Shown piece after piece: positions 47,996 through 57,638 of a stretch of DNA of 64,000 bases. Origin of the DNA: Candidatus Woesebacteria bacterium UBA5941 (GTDB lineage Bacteria; Patescibacteriota; Microgenomatia; UBA8517); assembly GCA_002430735.1 (NCBI GenBank), contig DJCV01000011.1, positions 19,612 through 83,611 on the forward strand, read 5' to 3'. Every line of letters begins with the position of its first letter. Within the stretch, counting starts at the first letter, position 1. The notes below the pieces were generated by a model. It saw nothing but the letters and a program-made list of their open reading frames with translations. It was not told where the DNA came from and did not search any database. The position numbers were made by a program, and so were the translations under genes.

Positions 47996-48068
47996 TGACC
48001 CCACTGGAATTCGAATCCAGGTTCCCAGAATGAGAATCTGGTGTCCTAGTCCACTAGACGATGGGGCC
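47996..48068 (-). tRNA. tRNA-Glu (anticodon CTC), CCA not encoded
   Basis: GGCCCCA acceptor/TGGGGTC, D-arm GTCTAGTGGACTAGGAC, CCAGA-TTCTCAT-TCTGG, T-arm CTGGA-TTCGAAT-TCCAG. Confidence 0.95.
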
Positions 48069-48139
48069 AAATAGTAGCGTAATACCTCTATATTTTAGCC
48101 TATACTATCGGCAATCTCAATAAAGCGGCTCAAGCTAGA

Positions 48140-50560
48140 TTATGAAGCAGAGATGTAATTCGATTGTCTGCGTTTTTTGTTAGGAACTCCAACAAATGGA
48201 TCTTTTGTCAAAGCAACACCCAAGACATCAGTTAAGCTGTCTTTAAACAAGAACTTAATATCTTTCTTCACATTCTCTGGCACATCTTCCATATCTTTTT
48301 CATTGTCAGCTGGAAGAATAATCGTCTTTAAACCTGCACGGTGTGCAGCAACCACCTTTTCTTTCACCCCACCAATCTCAAGTACTCGTCCTCTTAATGT
48401 CACTTCTCCCGTCATTCCGACATCACGCTTCACTGGGATACCAGTTACCGCTGAGACTACAGCTGTAGCCAACGCAATACCGGCAGATGGACCATCCTTT
48501 GGTGTTGCTCCTTCAGGAACGTGGACGTGAACATCAATGTTTTTCAAAAAATCCTTGTCAACACCTAAGTCTTCAGCATGGGCACGAGTCCACGTGAATG
48601 CTGCTTTAGCGCTTTCTTTCATAACGCTTCCCAGTTGCCCGGTTAATGTTAATTTTCCTGTTCCTGGCATAAGGGCTACTTCAATAAAGAGAATTTCCCC
48701 ACCGACTGATGTAACGGCGAGACCGGTTGACATTCCCACTTCATCATTACGTCCTGCAATTTGTGAATTGAATTTTCGTGGCCCTAAATATGTTGGGACA
48801 TCTTTTACATCAACTGTTATCTTTTTCTTTGCATCCTCAGCAACCATTCGCGCAACTTTCCGACAAATAGCAGCAATGTTTCGCTCTAAATCTCGAACTC
48901 CTGACTCTCGCGTATAATTCTTAACCACCGTTCTAACTGCTTCATCAGTAATGGTTATATTTTTCTCTGTTAGTCCATGCGCCTTCACCTGCTTTGGCCA
49001 CAAGTATTTGCGAGCAATATTGAATTTTTCATCTTCAATGTACCCAGCAAATCGAATAATTTCTAATCGATCACGCAGTGGCCCTGGAATGGTGTCTAAT
49101 ACGTTTGCGGTACAGATAAACATGACTTGTGACAAATCAAACGGCACTTCTAAATAGTGATCTGAAAATTCTTTATTTTGTTCAGGATCTAAAATTTCAA
49201 GTAAGGCAGATGATGGATCTCCACGATAATCCATGCCGAGTTTATCGATTTCATCAAGCATAAATACCGGGTTTCTCGTTCCAGCGGTTTTAATGCTTTG
49301 GATCATTCGACCAGGAAGAGCTCCCACATAGGTACGTCTGTGTCCGCGGAGTTCTGCTTCATCTCGAATTCCTCCCAATGAGACTCGAACAAACTCTCGA
49401 CCTAATGCCTTTGCAATGGACCTTCCGATTGAGGTTTTACCAACACCTGGAGGACCTACGAAACAAAGAATAGTTGGATGCGTACTCATTTCGCTTTCTT
49501 TTTTGGCCTGCTTTGCATGTTCTTCTTCCTTTAACTTCATGACTGAGAGAAACTCTAAAATTCGCTCTTTAGCTTTCCCTAAGCCATAATGATCTTCGTC
49601 CAATACCTCACCGGCTTTCTGCACGGATACTTTTGTTGGGGTAAGGGTTGCCCATGGCATGTCACACAACCAATCTAAATAATTGCGGATGTATCCTGTT
49701 TCTGGATTGTGAGGAGACATGTTCGAAAGGCGCTTATATTCTTTCATTGCTTTCTCATACACATCTTTTGGCATTTTTGCCTTTTTAATTTTTGCCTTAT
49801 ATTCGTTTACATCATCATCTTCCTCTTCACCGTCTTCGTTGAGTTCTTGTTCAATTGCACGCTTCCGTTCTCTCAAAATGCTTTTCTTCATTTGATCATC
49901 AAATCGCTTCTGAGTTTTCACTGAAATTGTTCTTTCTAATTCAAGAACTGACACTTCATGTGCCGTGTATTCAAGGACTTTCTCAAGACGTTTTTTAACG
50001 GACAGTTCTTCCAAAAGGAGTTGCTTTTCTTCAGTCTTCACATCAAGTACGCCTGCAACGGAATCCACGAGTTCTACGGTATCAGTGTGTTGTGACAAGA
50101 TTCTCATAATAGTGGTAATCTCAACACCTTTGCCAAGGTTGACCGCTTTTCTAAACAGGTCAACAAGCCGTTTGCTCATTGCTTCTACTTCAGTGTCATC
50201 AAAGTGCTCCTCAGGGAGTTCTTCAACGCGTGCTACTAAATATGGCTCTTCTGATAATGTCTCAACTAATCGAACCCTGCTTTGTCCTTTTACCATTGCG
50301 TGAATTTCTCCATCGGTTGTCATCATTTGAGTAATCACGACCAGTGTTCCAATTGGGTATAAATCAGCCATAGAAGGTTCGGCTTGATCAGGCTTTTTCT
50401 GAGCGAAGATTGCGACGATTCGGTCGTCCTGATATGCAGCATCCACTGCAGCAATAGACTTAGGGCGTCCAAATGAGAGAAGAGAATCAGTGTGTGGAAA
50501 TACAACTGAACCACGAACCGGAACGACAGGAATTGGTTTTGTGTAAATGGATTCTGGCAT
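48140..50560 (-). CDS. lon: ATP-dependent Lon protease
   Basis: LON N-domain, GPPGVGKTS, RGHRRTYVGA, PKDGPSAG, catalytic Lys in GGVKEK. Confidence 0.98.
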   Translation of the reverse strand: MPESIYTKPIPVVPVRGSVVFPHTDSLLSFGRPKSIAAVDAAYQDDRIVAIFAQKKPDQAEPSMADLYPIGTLVVITQMMTTDGEIHAMVKGQSRVRLVETLSEEPYLVARVEELPEEHFDDTEVEAMSKRLVDLFRKAVNLGKGVEITTIMRILSQHTDTVELVDSVAGVLDVKTEEKQLLLEELSVKKRLEKVLEYTAHEVSVLELERTISVKTQKRFDDQMKKSILRERKRAIEQELNEDGEEEDDDVNEYKAKIKKAKMPKDVYEKAMKEYKRLSNMSPHNPETGYIRNYLDWLCDMPWATLTPTKVSVQKAGEVLDEDHYGLGKAKERILEFLSVMKLKEEEHAKQAKKESEMSTHPTILCFVGPPGVGKTSIGRSIAKALGREFVRVSLGGIRDEAELRGHRRTYVGALPGRMIQSIKTAGTRNPVFMLDEIDKLGMDYRGDPSSALLEILDPEQNKEFSDHYLEVPFDLSQVMFICTANVLDTIPGPLRDRLEIIRFAGYIEDEKFNIARKYLWPKQVKAHGLTEKNITITDEAVRTVVKNYTRESGVRDLERNIAAICRKVARMVAEDAKKKITVDVKDVPTYLGPRKFNSQIAGRNDEVGMSTGLAVTSVGGEILFIEVALMPGTGKLTLTGQLGSVMKESAKAAFTWTRAHAEDLGVDKDFLKNIDVHVHVPEGATPKDGPSAGIALATAVVSAVTGIPVKRDVGMTGEVTLRGRVLEIGGVKEKVVAAHRAGLKTIILPADNEKDMEDVPENVKKDIKFLFKDSLTDVLGVALTKDPFVGVPNKKRRQSNYISAS

Positions 50561-50570
50561 TGCTTACGTG

Positions 50571-50597
50571 TTAGCAGTCTAACAACTTGAGTGCTAC
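50571..50597 (-). promoter_or_regulatory. CIRCE element (HrcA operator) upstream of lon
   Basis: Minus strand GTAGCACTC-N9-GACTGCTAA against consensus TTAGCACTC-N9-GAGTGCTAA, 10 nt before the ATG. Confidence 0.8.
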
Positions 50598-50601
50598 GAT
50601 G

Positions 50602-51066
50602 TCAAGACCTCAATTTTCGACGTTTGGCATGCATCGTATCAAAAAAGAGTGCAACGGTCACCCCAATCAAGGCTCCAAAAGCAATATCGCTCGGGTAATG
50701 GACACTTGCAGCCACGCGCCCTAACGCAATTAATGCGGATAAAACGAGGAGAAATATTCCTAAACGCCGTCTGTGTAGAGCTACGGTAGTTGATATTGCA
50801 AAAGCGAGCCCTGCGTGTGCTGAGGGAAAGCTTGAGAGGAGTGCGAGCCCTGCATCAGGTTCAACCATTTGCACTTCAAAAGGACGTGGACGCGCAAACA
50901 ACTCTTTGAGCAAGACTGAGACGATTAATGTGACAGTTGTTACAAAGAACGCGTGCCAAAACACTTCGCGATCAGATTTTCGCGAGTACAAGAATCCAAG
51001 CACCAGAAGTACTAAAAAAATAACACCGTTCGTGTTTAAAAAAACAATGAGTGGTTGTTCAATCAT
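50602..51066 (-). CDS. PAP2 family phosphatase (BcrC-like undecaprenyl-PP phosphatase)
   Basis: K..FARPRP, SFPSAH, GRVAASVHYPSDI. Confidence 0.9.
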   Translation of the reverse strand: MIEQPLIVFLNTNGVIFLVLLVLGFLYSRKSDREVFWHAFFVTTVTLIVSVLLKELFARPRPFEVQMVEPDAGLALLSSFPSAHAGLAFAISTTVALHRRRLGIFLLVLSALIALGRVAASVHYPSDIAFGALIGVTVALFFDTMHAKRRKLRS

Positions 51067-51760
51067 GAATGACTATTCTCGTTCCTGGATTTTCTTCACT
51101 CGCACGCACTATTCGTTGTCCCTCTGTAAGTACTGGGGTCACCCACTCGTAAAGGGTTTTCGCGATAGGGGTCGGTAAATTAACACATCCATGGCTTCTT
51201 TGCGTCCCGAAGTCACTATGCCAATAGGTGCCATGGAGTCCGTATCCAAGACCCGCAGCAACATCCTCGTTACTGAAAAACATCACATACGGGACATTGG
51301 GAAGATTATAGTAGTATCGTCCTTCTCCTCCTTCCATTTTCGTCGCGCGAATTTTCATCCAAATACGAAATTCACCAGTAGGAGTTGGTGTTCCGGGTAG
51401 ACCGGAGGACACAGGTGTTTCTAAATAGAGTGTTCCCCCATCCCACGCTCTGAGACGTTGGTCTGATAAATCAACTTCTATCCATCTCTCGCTCGGTTCA
51501 GCCATTCCAAGAACCGCAGTGGCATCATTTTCTGTGGCGAGAACTTCTGTCGGAACTGTTACCTGAGACCCCGACCAATATCCCAAACGTCCAGAGGGAT
51601 CAATAATTCCTGAATAATCATTGGTTTCACAGGCCGAAGGTGAGGCTGCAACAGTGGTGGTTTCAATGGTTGTTCTCCATAAAACCCCCATTGCAAAGAG
51701 AAACACTACCGGGATCAAATACAAGTACGGACGAATCGTCTTATACACTTTCTTTGTCAT
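51059..51760 (-). CDS. L,D-transpeptidase (YkuD)
   Basis: IEVDLSDQRL, TPTGEF, LHGTYWH...SHGCVN. Confidence 0.92.
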   Translation of the reverse strand: MTKKVYKTIRPYLYLIPVVFLFAMGVLWRTTIETTTVAASPSACETNDYSGIIDPSGRLGYWSGSQVTVPTEVLATENDATAVLGMAEPSERWIEVDLSDQRLRAWDGGTLYLETPVSSGLPGTPTPTGEFRIWMKIRATKMEGGEGRYYYNLPNVPYVMFFSNEDVAAGLGYGLHGTYWHSDFGTQRSHGCVNLPTPIAKTLYEWVTPVLTEGQRIVRASEENPGTRIVIHD

Positions 51761-51823
51761 CTCTCATGCTACCGTAGATTTACTGAAAAAAGCAAAGACA
51801 AAACGTAGTAATATAGAAGCTAC

Positions 51824-52192
51824 ATGAGTTACCGAAGGCCCATACACAGAAGTTTTTACTACGCATCAGATGGCATTAAGGAAGCATTTCGAAATGAGCC
51901 TAATTTTAGAGCTCACATTATTGTTTCAATTATTGTTTTAGTTCTAGGTTTCTTCTTAGGGCTTACGAATCTTGAATGGATCGTGCTCTTCTTAACGATT
52001 GCCTTTGTGATCGTGCTCGAACTGATTAACACATCAATTGAAGCCTTGGTTGATCTGGCCAGTCCAGAGATCCATCCGAAAGCCAAAGTCGCAAAAGATG
52101 TTGCTGCAGCTGCTGTACTTCTTGCGGCACTGTCTGCAGGGCTTATTGGGATGCTTCTTTTTATACCAAAAATCTTTTATTTCTTTAATTAA
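51824..52192 (+). CDS. dgkA: DgkA family kinase (diacylglycerol/undecaprenol kinase, Gram-positive type)
   Basis: EPNFRAH, ELINTSIEALVDL, AKDVAAAAVL. Confidence 0.9.
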   Translation: MSYRRPIHRSFYYASDGIKEAFRNEPNFRAHIIVSIIVLVLGFFLGLTNLEWIVLFLTIAFVIVLELINTSIEALVDLASPEIHPKAKVAKDVAAAAVLLAALSAGLIGMLLFIPKIFYFFN

Positions 52193-52200
52193 TAGCGCGT

Positions 52201-52944
52201 CTATTTGAGGAAAAATGCAGTGAGTAAACCTACGACAATTGCATAGTATCCAAAATATGAATATCGTTTGCTTGTAAGGGTGCTCAGTAAAAAGCCAATT
52301 GAGAAATACGCCGTAACTCCAGCGACAACTGCTCCAAACAGGTACTCAAGCGTCGCTCCGTTTGTCGCAAACCCATGAGAAAGAACCTGAACAACGCTCG
52401 CACCTAAAATCGCTGGGATGGAAAGCAGAAACGTGAATTCAGCAACTTTTTTGCGCTCAACACCGAGGAATGTACCAATAAAGATTGTTGCTCCTGAGCG
52501 AGAAATACCAGGAATAATCGCAACAGCTTGCGCAATACCAATACAAATTGCGTCTAGTACACCCACTTTTGTCCGGTCGGTTTTTGCTCGATCGACGAAT
52601 AGATTTAAAACACCGCTCATGGCTAAGGTTATCCCTGCCCAAAAGACACTACTAAAAAGCAATTCAAACTCTTCTCGAAAGACAACTCCGGCAATTGCGG
52701 CTGGAATACTACCTATGGCAAGTAACAGCAATTGTCTCGGAGTAATTAGTAAGAGCGTTTTCCTAAAGTAAATAAGAACAGCAACAGTTGTCGCCACATG
52801 GAGCATCACATCAAAAAACACCCCAGTTTGTGTAAACCCTGGAAGGAGATGTTGCACAAAGACTAAATGTGCAGATGAAGAAATGGGAAGAAACTCAGTA
52901 ATCCCCTGGACAACGCCCAGAATTGCCGCTGTTAGATAGTTCAT
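52201..52944 (-). CDS. uppP: Undecaprenyl-diphosphatase UppP/BacA
   Basis: QGITEFLPISSSAH, PGISRSGAT. Confidence 0.95.
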   Translation of the reverse strand: MNYLTAAILGVVQGITEFLPISSSAHLVFVQHLLPGFTQTGVFFDVMLHVATTVAVLIYFRKTLLLITPRQLLLLAIGSIPAAIAGVVFREEFELLFSSVFWAGITLAMSGVLNLFVDRAKTDRTKVGVLDAICIGIAQAVAIIPGISRSGATIFIGTFLGVERKKVAEFTFLLSIPAILGASVVQVLSHGFATNGATLEYLFGAVVAGVTAYFSIGFLLSTLTSKRYSYFGYYAIVVGLLTAFFLK

Positions 52945-53597
52945 AAGCTATTGTATGTCTCCTCAGTGAGCTTATCTAGAGGAATTGCATTCTCAATTGA
53001 ATACTCTCCAATTTTCGTCCTCCTCAGGTTTGATAAGTGAGCAGCTGTCCCCAACCTAATACCAATGTCACGCGCAAGGGAGCGAATATATGTTCCACTA
53101 CTTACTTCACATTCAACGACAAGGAGTGGGTGTTCATATGAAATAACGTTTAATGCATAAATAGTAATTGGCCGTGGAGGAAGCACGATGTCACCACCGC
53201 TTCGAGCTATTTCATATGCTTTTTTGCCGTTTTGTTTTATTGCTGAATAAATGGGAGGAACTTGCTCAGAATCTCCGAGGAATGTTTGTAAAACTGAATC
53301 GATTTTTTCGCGGGTAAAGGGATTTGTTTGCTTTTCTTCTACAACCTCCCCTTCTGAGTCATCAGTCGTTGTACTTATGCCGAGCGTAATTTCTCCAATG
53401 TATGTCTTTTTAGTGGCCTTCGTTATTTCGCCTAATTTTTTTGTGTCTTCACGAGTTACTGCGACGATTAATAGTCCAGTGGCATTTGGATCGAGCGTCC
53501 CCGCATGTCCAACACGGCGTTCACGAGCCACCCGACGCACACGATCAACGACATCATGAGAAGTAATACCTTTCGGCTTATCAATAAGAAGAAGCAT
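52941..53597 (-). CDS. truB: tRNA pseudouridine(55) synthase TruB, short form without PUA domain
   Basis: DKPKGITSHD, GHAGTLDP, PPIYSA, GTYIRSLARD. Confidence 0.95.
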   Translation of the reverse strand: MLLLIDKPKGITSHDVVDRVRRVARERRVGHAGTLDPNATGLLIVAVTREDTKKLGEITKATKKTYIGEITLGISTTTDDSEGEVVEEKQTNPFTREKIDSVLQTFLGDSEQVPPIYSAIKQNGKKAYEIARSGGDIVLPPRPITIYALNVISYEHPLLVVECEVSSGTYIRSLARDIGIRLGTAAHLSNLRRTKIGEYSIENAIPLDKLTEETYNSL

Positions 53598-53603
53598 ATA
53601 AAG

Positions 53604-54233
53604 TTACTGCTTTAAATAGGCCAATGCCTTTTGAAGATTTTGATCTACTTGATTCCAATTCACAATATTCCAGAACGCATCAACGTAATCAGCGCGTTTG
53701 TTTTGATATTTGAGGTAATATGCGTGTTCCCACACATCTAGCCCTAAAATTGCATCTTTCTTTTCCATCCATGGAGTATCTTGATTTGGGGTTGATACTA
53801 TTTTGACCGTGTTCTCATCATGTAAAACGAGCCAGACCCACCCACTTCCAAATCGTCCAAGTGCAGCTTCTTTAAACTGTGCTTTAAAGGTTTCCAGGTC
53901 ACCAAATGATTTTGTTATAACGGATGTAACAAGCTCTGAAGGTGTTCCGCTTTCATCATGTGGTGCCAACAGTTTCCAGAAGAATGCGTGGTTTGCATGT
54001 CCTCCTCCATTGTTTTGAACCTTCACACGAATATCCTCTGGAAGTGATTTCAGATCAGAGACTAATTCCCATACTTCTTTATTTTGAAGCTGAGGATGAG
54101 ATTCAAGCGTCTTGTTGAGATTATCAACATACGCTTGATGATGCTTATCGTGATGAATGGTCATAGTAGACTCATCAATAAAAGGTTCAAAGACATTTGG
54201 AGAATAAGGAAGATTGGGTAAGGAGAATGACAC
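53604..54233 (-). CDS. sodA: Mn/Fe superoxide dismutase
   Basis: HHDKHHQAYV, NNGGGHANH, FGSGW, NQD, DVWEHAYY (GG and QD pattern suggests Mn type). Confidence 0.93.
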   Translation of the reverse strand: MSFSLPNLPYSPNVFEPFIDESTMTIHHDKHHQAYVDNLNKTLESHPQLQNKEVWELVSDLKSLPEDIRVKVQNNGGGHANHAFFWKLLAPHDESGTPSELVTSVITKSFGDLETFKAQFKEAALGRFGSGWVWLVLHDENTVKIVSTPNQDTPWMEKKDAILGLDVWEHAYYLKYQNKRADYVDAFWNIVNWNQVDQNLQKALAYLKQ

Positions 54234-54235
54234 AG

Positions 54236-54517
54236 TTAACGCTTTTTACCTGCCGCAGCAACTTCGCCGATACTATCAGCAACACGTGTTAATCGACCTG
54301 TTGCTTTATTTTCAACGAAAATGCCTCCACCAGTGTCATACGCGACTTCATCGCCTTTTTGCCCAATTTGCTTCCAACTTTTACGTATTTCGTTGATGTC
54401 TTCGGCACTTTCTTGACCGAGTTGAATTTTTGTTTGTCTTTCCCAATCAATTTGATTTGCGTCAGGTGAAGTCTGCTTTTCGCTTTCTGGGTTAAATCCT
54501 GGTGGATGTCCTTCCAT
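54236..54517 (-). CDS. Small orphan protein
   Basis: Likely start MEGHPPG at 54517 (CATAAT-6-ATG), avoiding overlap with the divergent gene. Confidence 0.55.
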   Translation of the reverse strand: MEGHPPGFNPESEKQTSPDANQIDWERQTKIQLGQESAEDINEIRKSWKQIGQKGDEVAYDTGGGIFVENKATGRLTRVADSIGEVAAAGKKR

Positions 54518-54581
54518 CTTTCTATTATGTACCGAGTTATCCAAAAAATCAACATTTCCCCTCACCCTGTATAATGGATGT

Positions 54582-55592
54582 ATGAGAAAACTAGTTCTCA
54601 GTATTTTTGTCGCTTTTTTAGGATTCGGGCTTTTCGTGCCTTTCGTTTCTGCGCAAGAAACAACTAAAGAAATTAAAAACAATCGATTTGGAATTCATAT
54701 TGTCGATGAAAGTGACCTCGTTGATGCAGCAAAGCTCGTTAATAGTAATGGTGGTGAATGGGGATATGTAACTTTTGTAATTAGAGAAGATGAATTGGAT
54801 ACAGCGAGGTGGACTGCAGCATTTAACCAGATGAAGGAATTAAAGCTCATACCAATTGTTCGCATTGCAACACTACAGCTTGGTGGTATGTGGGTAAAGC
54901 CAACCACTGAAAGTGCCGATAAATGGGCTGAGTTCTTAAATAGTCTTCCGTGGCCCATTAAAAAGCGTTATGTCATCTTATTTAATGAGCCGAATCACCG
55001 CGTTGAATGGGGAGGAGAGATCAACCCTCGTGAGTATGCAAGAATCGCCCGTGCATATTGGGAAGAATTGAAAAAAGCCTCATTTGAGTTTGCAGTTCTT
55101 CCTGCAGGACTTGATGCAGCAGCACCGAATGGACCGACCACTATGGATTCAAAAGATTACTTTGATCAAATGGTGCAAGAAGATCCGCTCATATTCACAC
55201 TCTTTGATGGATGGGCCAGTCACAGTTATCCAAATCCTGGCTTCTCAGGTAGCCCGTCAGAGAATGGAAAAATGACAATACGAGGGTTTGAATGGGAGCT
55301 TAACTACTTGTCACAATATCATTTACCTCAAAATTCACCAGTATTTATTACTGAAACTGGGTGGCGCAATTCAAATAACAAGCAAGAACAAATCGCTTCC
55401 TATTACCAACAAGCGTTTAGTGAAGCGTGGAATCATCCAAATGTTGTTGCTGTTACTCCATTTTTACTTCGGTACGATGCAAAGCCATTTAATACATTTT
55501 CATGGAAGATTCCTGGAACTGACACATATTATCCATACTACAAAGAAGTATTAGGAATTAGTAAAAACGCAGGAACACCGGAGACGGAATAA
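54582..55592 (+). CDS. Secreted clan GH-A glycoside hydrolase (TIM barrel)
   Basis: Signal peptide; acid/base FNEPN; H.YP; nucleophile FITETGW. Confidence 0.8.
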   Translation: MRKLVLSIFVAFLGFGLFVPFVSAQETTKEIKNNRFGIHIVDESDLVDAAKLVNSNGGEWGYVTFVIREDELDTARWTAAFNQMKELKLIPIVRIATLQLGGMWVKPTTESADKWAEFLNSLPWPIKKRYVILFNEPNHRVEWGGEINPREYARIARAYWEELKKASFEFAVLPAGLDAAAPNGPTTMDSKDYFDQMVQEDPLIFTLFDGWASHSYPNPGFSGSPSENGKMTIRGFEWELNYLSQYHLPQNSPVFITETGWRNSNNKQEQIASYYQQAFSEAWNHPNVVAVTPFLLRYDAKPFNTFSWKIPGTDTYYPYYKEVLGISKNAGTPETE

Positions 55593-55602
55593 TTATTATT
55601 CC

Positions 55603-56328
55603 TTAGTAAGTAACGAAGTATTTGATAGAAGCGTTTTTCTTCACTTCAGTCAACCATGTTTGGAATTCAGTGCTTAATTTTTGTTGTTGTAACTGAGTCT
55701 TAACTTCAGCTTGAATTTCTTCAGTCTTTTTATCCTTCGGTAAAATATCTTTGTTCTTATCCATATATTCTTTTACTTCCTGATCAGTTGGGTTAATTTT
55801 GTCAGCTAAAATCTTCTCAACGATCTTTTGTGTTCTGATTTGCTTGTTTAATTCGTCTCGGCTCATTCCCTGCATGGTTAATAATGTGTTTAAGTCTTGC
55901 CCTTGAGCTTTTACACTCTCTTCAATTTTTGAAACTTCACTGTTTAATTCTTCGTCTGAAATAGAAATTCCTTTTTTCTTGGCTTCTTGATTGATGAGCA
56001 TGTCAGTGACGGTCGCGTCGAGTTGCTGTTGTCCGAATCGTTTTTCAAGTTCTGAGATGATAGTTGGTCGGTATACCAATTCACCATTTACAGTTGCAGC
56101 TAAAATTAACCCTCTGGAGAGGTATAAAATAATACCGATAACAGCGATTGCGACAATAATTGCAGCTTTTCGTTTTCCAGACATTTGTTTTACAGATGAA
56201 GTATCAATTGGAGTTTCCATTTTGCTTTCCATTGCAACATCTTGCTTTGGGGCAGTTACTTTTTTAACAGAAGCTTTGCTTGCTCGTGTAGATTTACTTT
56301 TAGTTGCTTTTGTCTTTCGTGCAGCCAT
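55603..56328 (-). CDS. SurA/PrsA N-terminal-domain chaperone with Lys-rich cytoplasmic tail
   Basis: TM then AATVNGE, LINQEAKKKGISIS, C-terminal WLTEVKKNASI; no parvulin domain. Confidence 0.8.
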   Translation of the reverse strand: MAARKTKATKSKSTRASKASVKKVTAPKQDVAMESKMETPIDTSSVKQMSGKRKAAIIVAIAVIGIILYLSRGLILAATVNGELVYRPTIISELEKRFGQQQLDATVTDMLINQEAKKKGISISDEELNSEVSKIEESVKAQGQDLNTLLTMQGMSRDELNKQIRTQKIVEKILADKINPTDQEVKEYMDKNKDILPKDKKTEEIQAEVKTQLQQQKLSTEFQTWLTEVKKNASIKYFVTY

Positions 56329-56391
56329 ATCGGGAGTATACCCAATGTTACAGGAAAATTACAAGCCGCAAATTCAATATATAATCCAAGC

Positions 56392-57120
56392 ATGACTAAA
56401 TGGAAAACTGCAGAACTCATTGAATCACATGACCTTTCTCCTTCAGTTAAGTCGTTGCGATTCAAAGTAAGTGACTGGGAACCGCATATTGCAGGTCAAC
56501 ATTATATGGTGAGAGTTGAATCTCCTGAAGGGTATATTGCAGAGCGATATTACTCGCTTTCTAACAGTCCTCTTGAAGAAGGAATTATTGAATTGGGTGT
56601 ACAACTGCTTCCTGACGGAGAAGTTTCAACATTTCTACATACACTTCCTCTCGGTGGAAAAATAAAATTGCGAGGGCCATTTGGCACACATTTTTCCTGG
56701 GTTCCTGAAGATAAAAATTCTATTATTCTTATTGCTGGTGGATCAGGCCTTATTCCGTTTATGTCGATGATCCGATTAAACCATGAGCAGTTGCGTAACG
56801 AGCAATCAGTACCAATGAAGATTATCGGAAGTTTTCGAACAAAAAAAGACATCCTGTACTACGATGAATTACTCGCTATTACAAAGATGAACCCAAATAT
56901 TTCATTTACACTCACGTTAACGCAAGAAAAAAGCCATGGCTGGACTGGAAGAGTCGGGCGAATTGATGCACAATACTTACAACGAGAATTAAGCACTGAA
57001 CGAAATAGTGACTCCCATTTCTATGTTTCAGGATCTACCCGCTTTGTTGAAGCAATGAAGAAACAATTAGAATCAATTGGTATTACAAACGAACGAATGA
57101 AAGAAGAGCAGTTTGGATAA
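56392..57120 (+). CDS. Ferredoxin-NADP reductase-like FAD/NAD(P) oxidoreductase
   Basis: AGQH, RYYSL, GEVS, GPFG, AGGSGLIP, C-terminal EQFG; start 56392 after TATAAT. Confidence 0.88.
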   Translation: MTKWKTAELIESHDLSPSVKSLRFKVSDWEPHIAGQHYMVRVESPEGYIAERYYSLSNSPLEEGIIELGVQLLPDGEVSTFLHTLPLGGKIKLRGPFGTHFSWVPEDKNSIILIAGGSGLIPFMSMIRLNHEQLRNEQSVPMKIIGSFRTKKDILYYDELLAITKMNPNISFTLTLTQEKSHGWTGRVGRIDAQYLQRELSTERNSDSHFYVSGSTRFVEAMKKQLESIGITNERMKEEQFG

Positions 57121-57375
57121 TTACTTCTTGTTACCCCATCGCCATTTTGGAGTTTCCCCAAACTGGTAACAAACAGCAAGGAGCGCTGCAATTCCAATCG
57201 CTGTTAAGAATAGATAACTCACGATCCCTGCACGACTTGCAAGAGCATCACGAATAAGTGCCACTAAAAACAATTGATAGAAGATATAGAATGCAGTTGC
57301 CGTCCACCCTTGCCATGTTACAGGATACCAACCCCATCCGTATGTCTTTGCACGAAACCATAATTTCTTTTTCAT
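57121..57375 (-). CDS. Small membrane protein
   Basis: WF.AK.YGWGWYP.TWQGW, two TMs, GE.PKWRWG. Confidence 0.75.
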   Translation of the reverse strand: MKKKLWFRAKTYGWGWYPVTWQGWTATAFYIFYQLFLVALIRDALASRAGIVSYLFLTAIGIAALLAVCYQFGETPKWRWGNKK

Positions 57376-57402
57376 ATACCTAGTATATACCGTTTGTGAA
57401 GA

Positions 57403-57624
57403 TTACTTCTTTCGTTTTTTACTTTTTGAAGACTTGCGAGCTGCTGTTCGTTTTGCTGGTTTAGATTTCTTGTGTCTGCTCGTCAACATGTGATCGCTAT
57501 ATCCCCATACGAGTCCAAAAATTGTTCCTAAGAGCAGACCTAAAAGAAGGTGTTCAATCATGAGTCCAAGAAGAATACCAAGCACTATTCCGATACCCAA
57601 TTTCATCTCTTTTTCTTTAGACAT
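57403..57624 (-). CDS. Small Gly-rich membrane protein with Lys/Arg-rich tail
   Basis: GxxxG TMs; tail RHKKSKPAKRTAARKSSKSKKRKK. Confidence 0.65.
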   Translation of the reverse strand: MSKEKEMKLGIGIVLGILLGLMIEHLLLGLLLGTIFGLVWGYSDHMLTSRHKKSKPAKRTAARKSSKSKKRKK

Positions 57625-57638
57625 ACTCCATTAAAGAA

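Noticed and set aside
54518-54682. N-terminal 55 aa of the 148-aa ORF
   Set aside because: Overlaps the divergent glycoside hydrolase; the leaderless start at 54517 is more plausible
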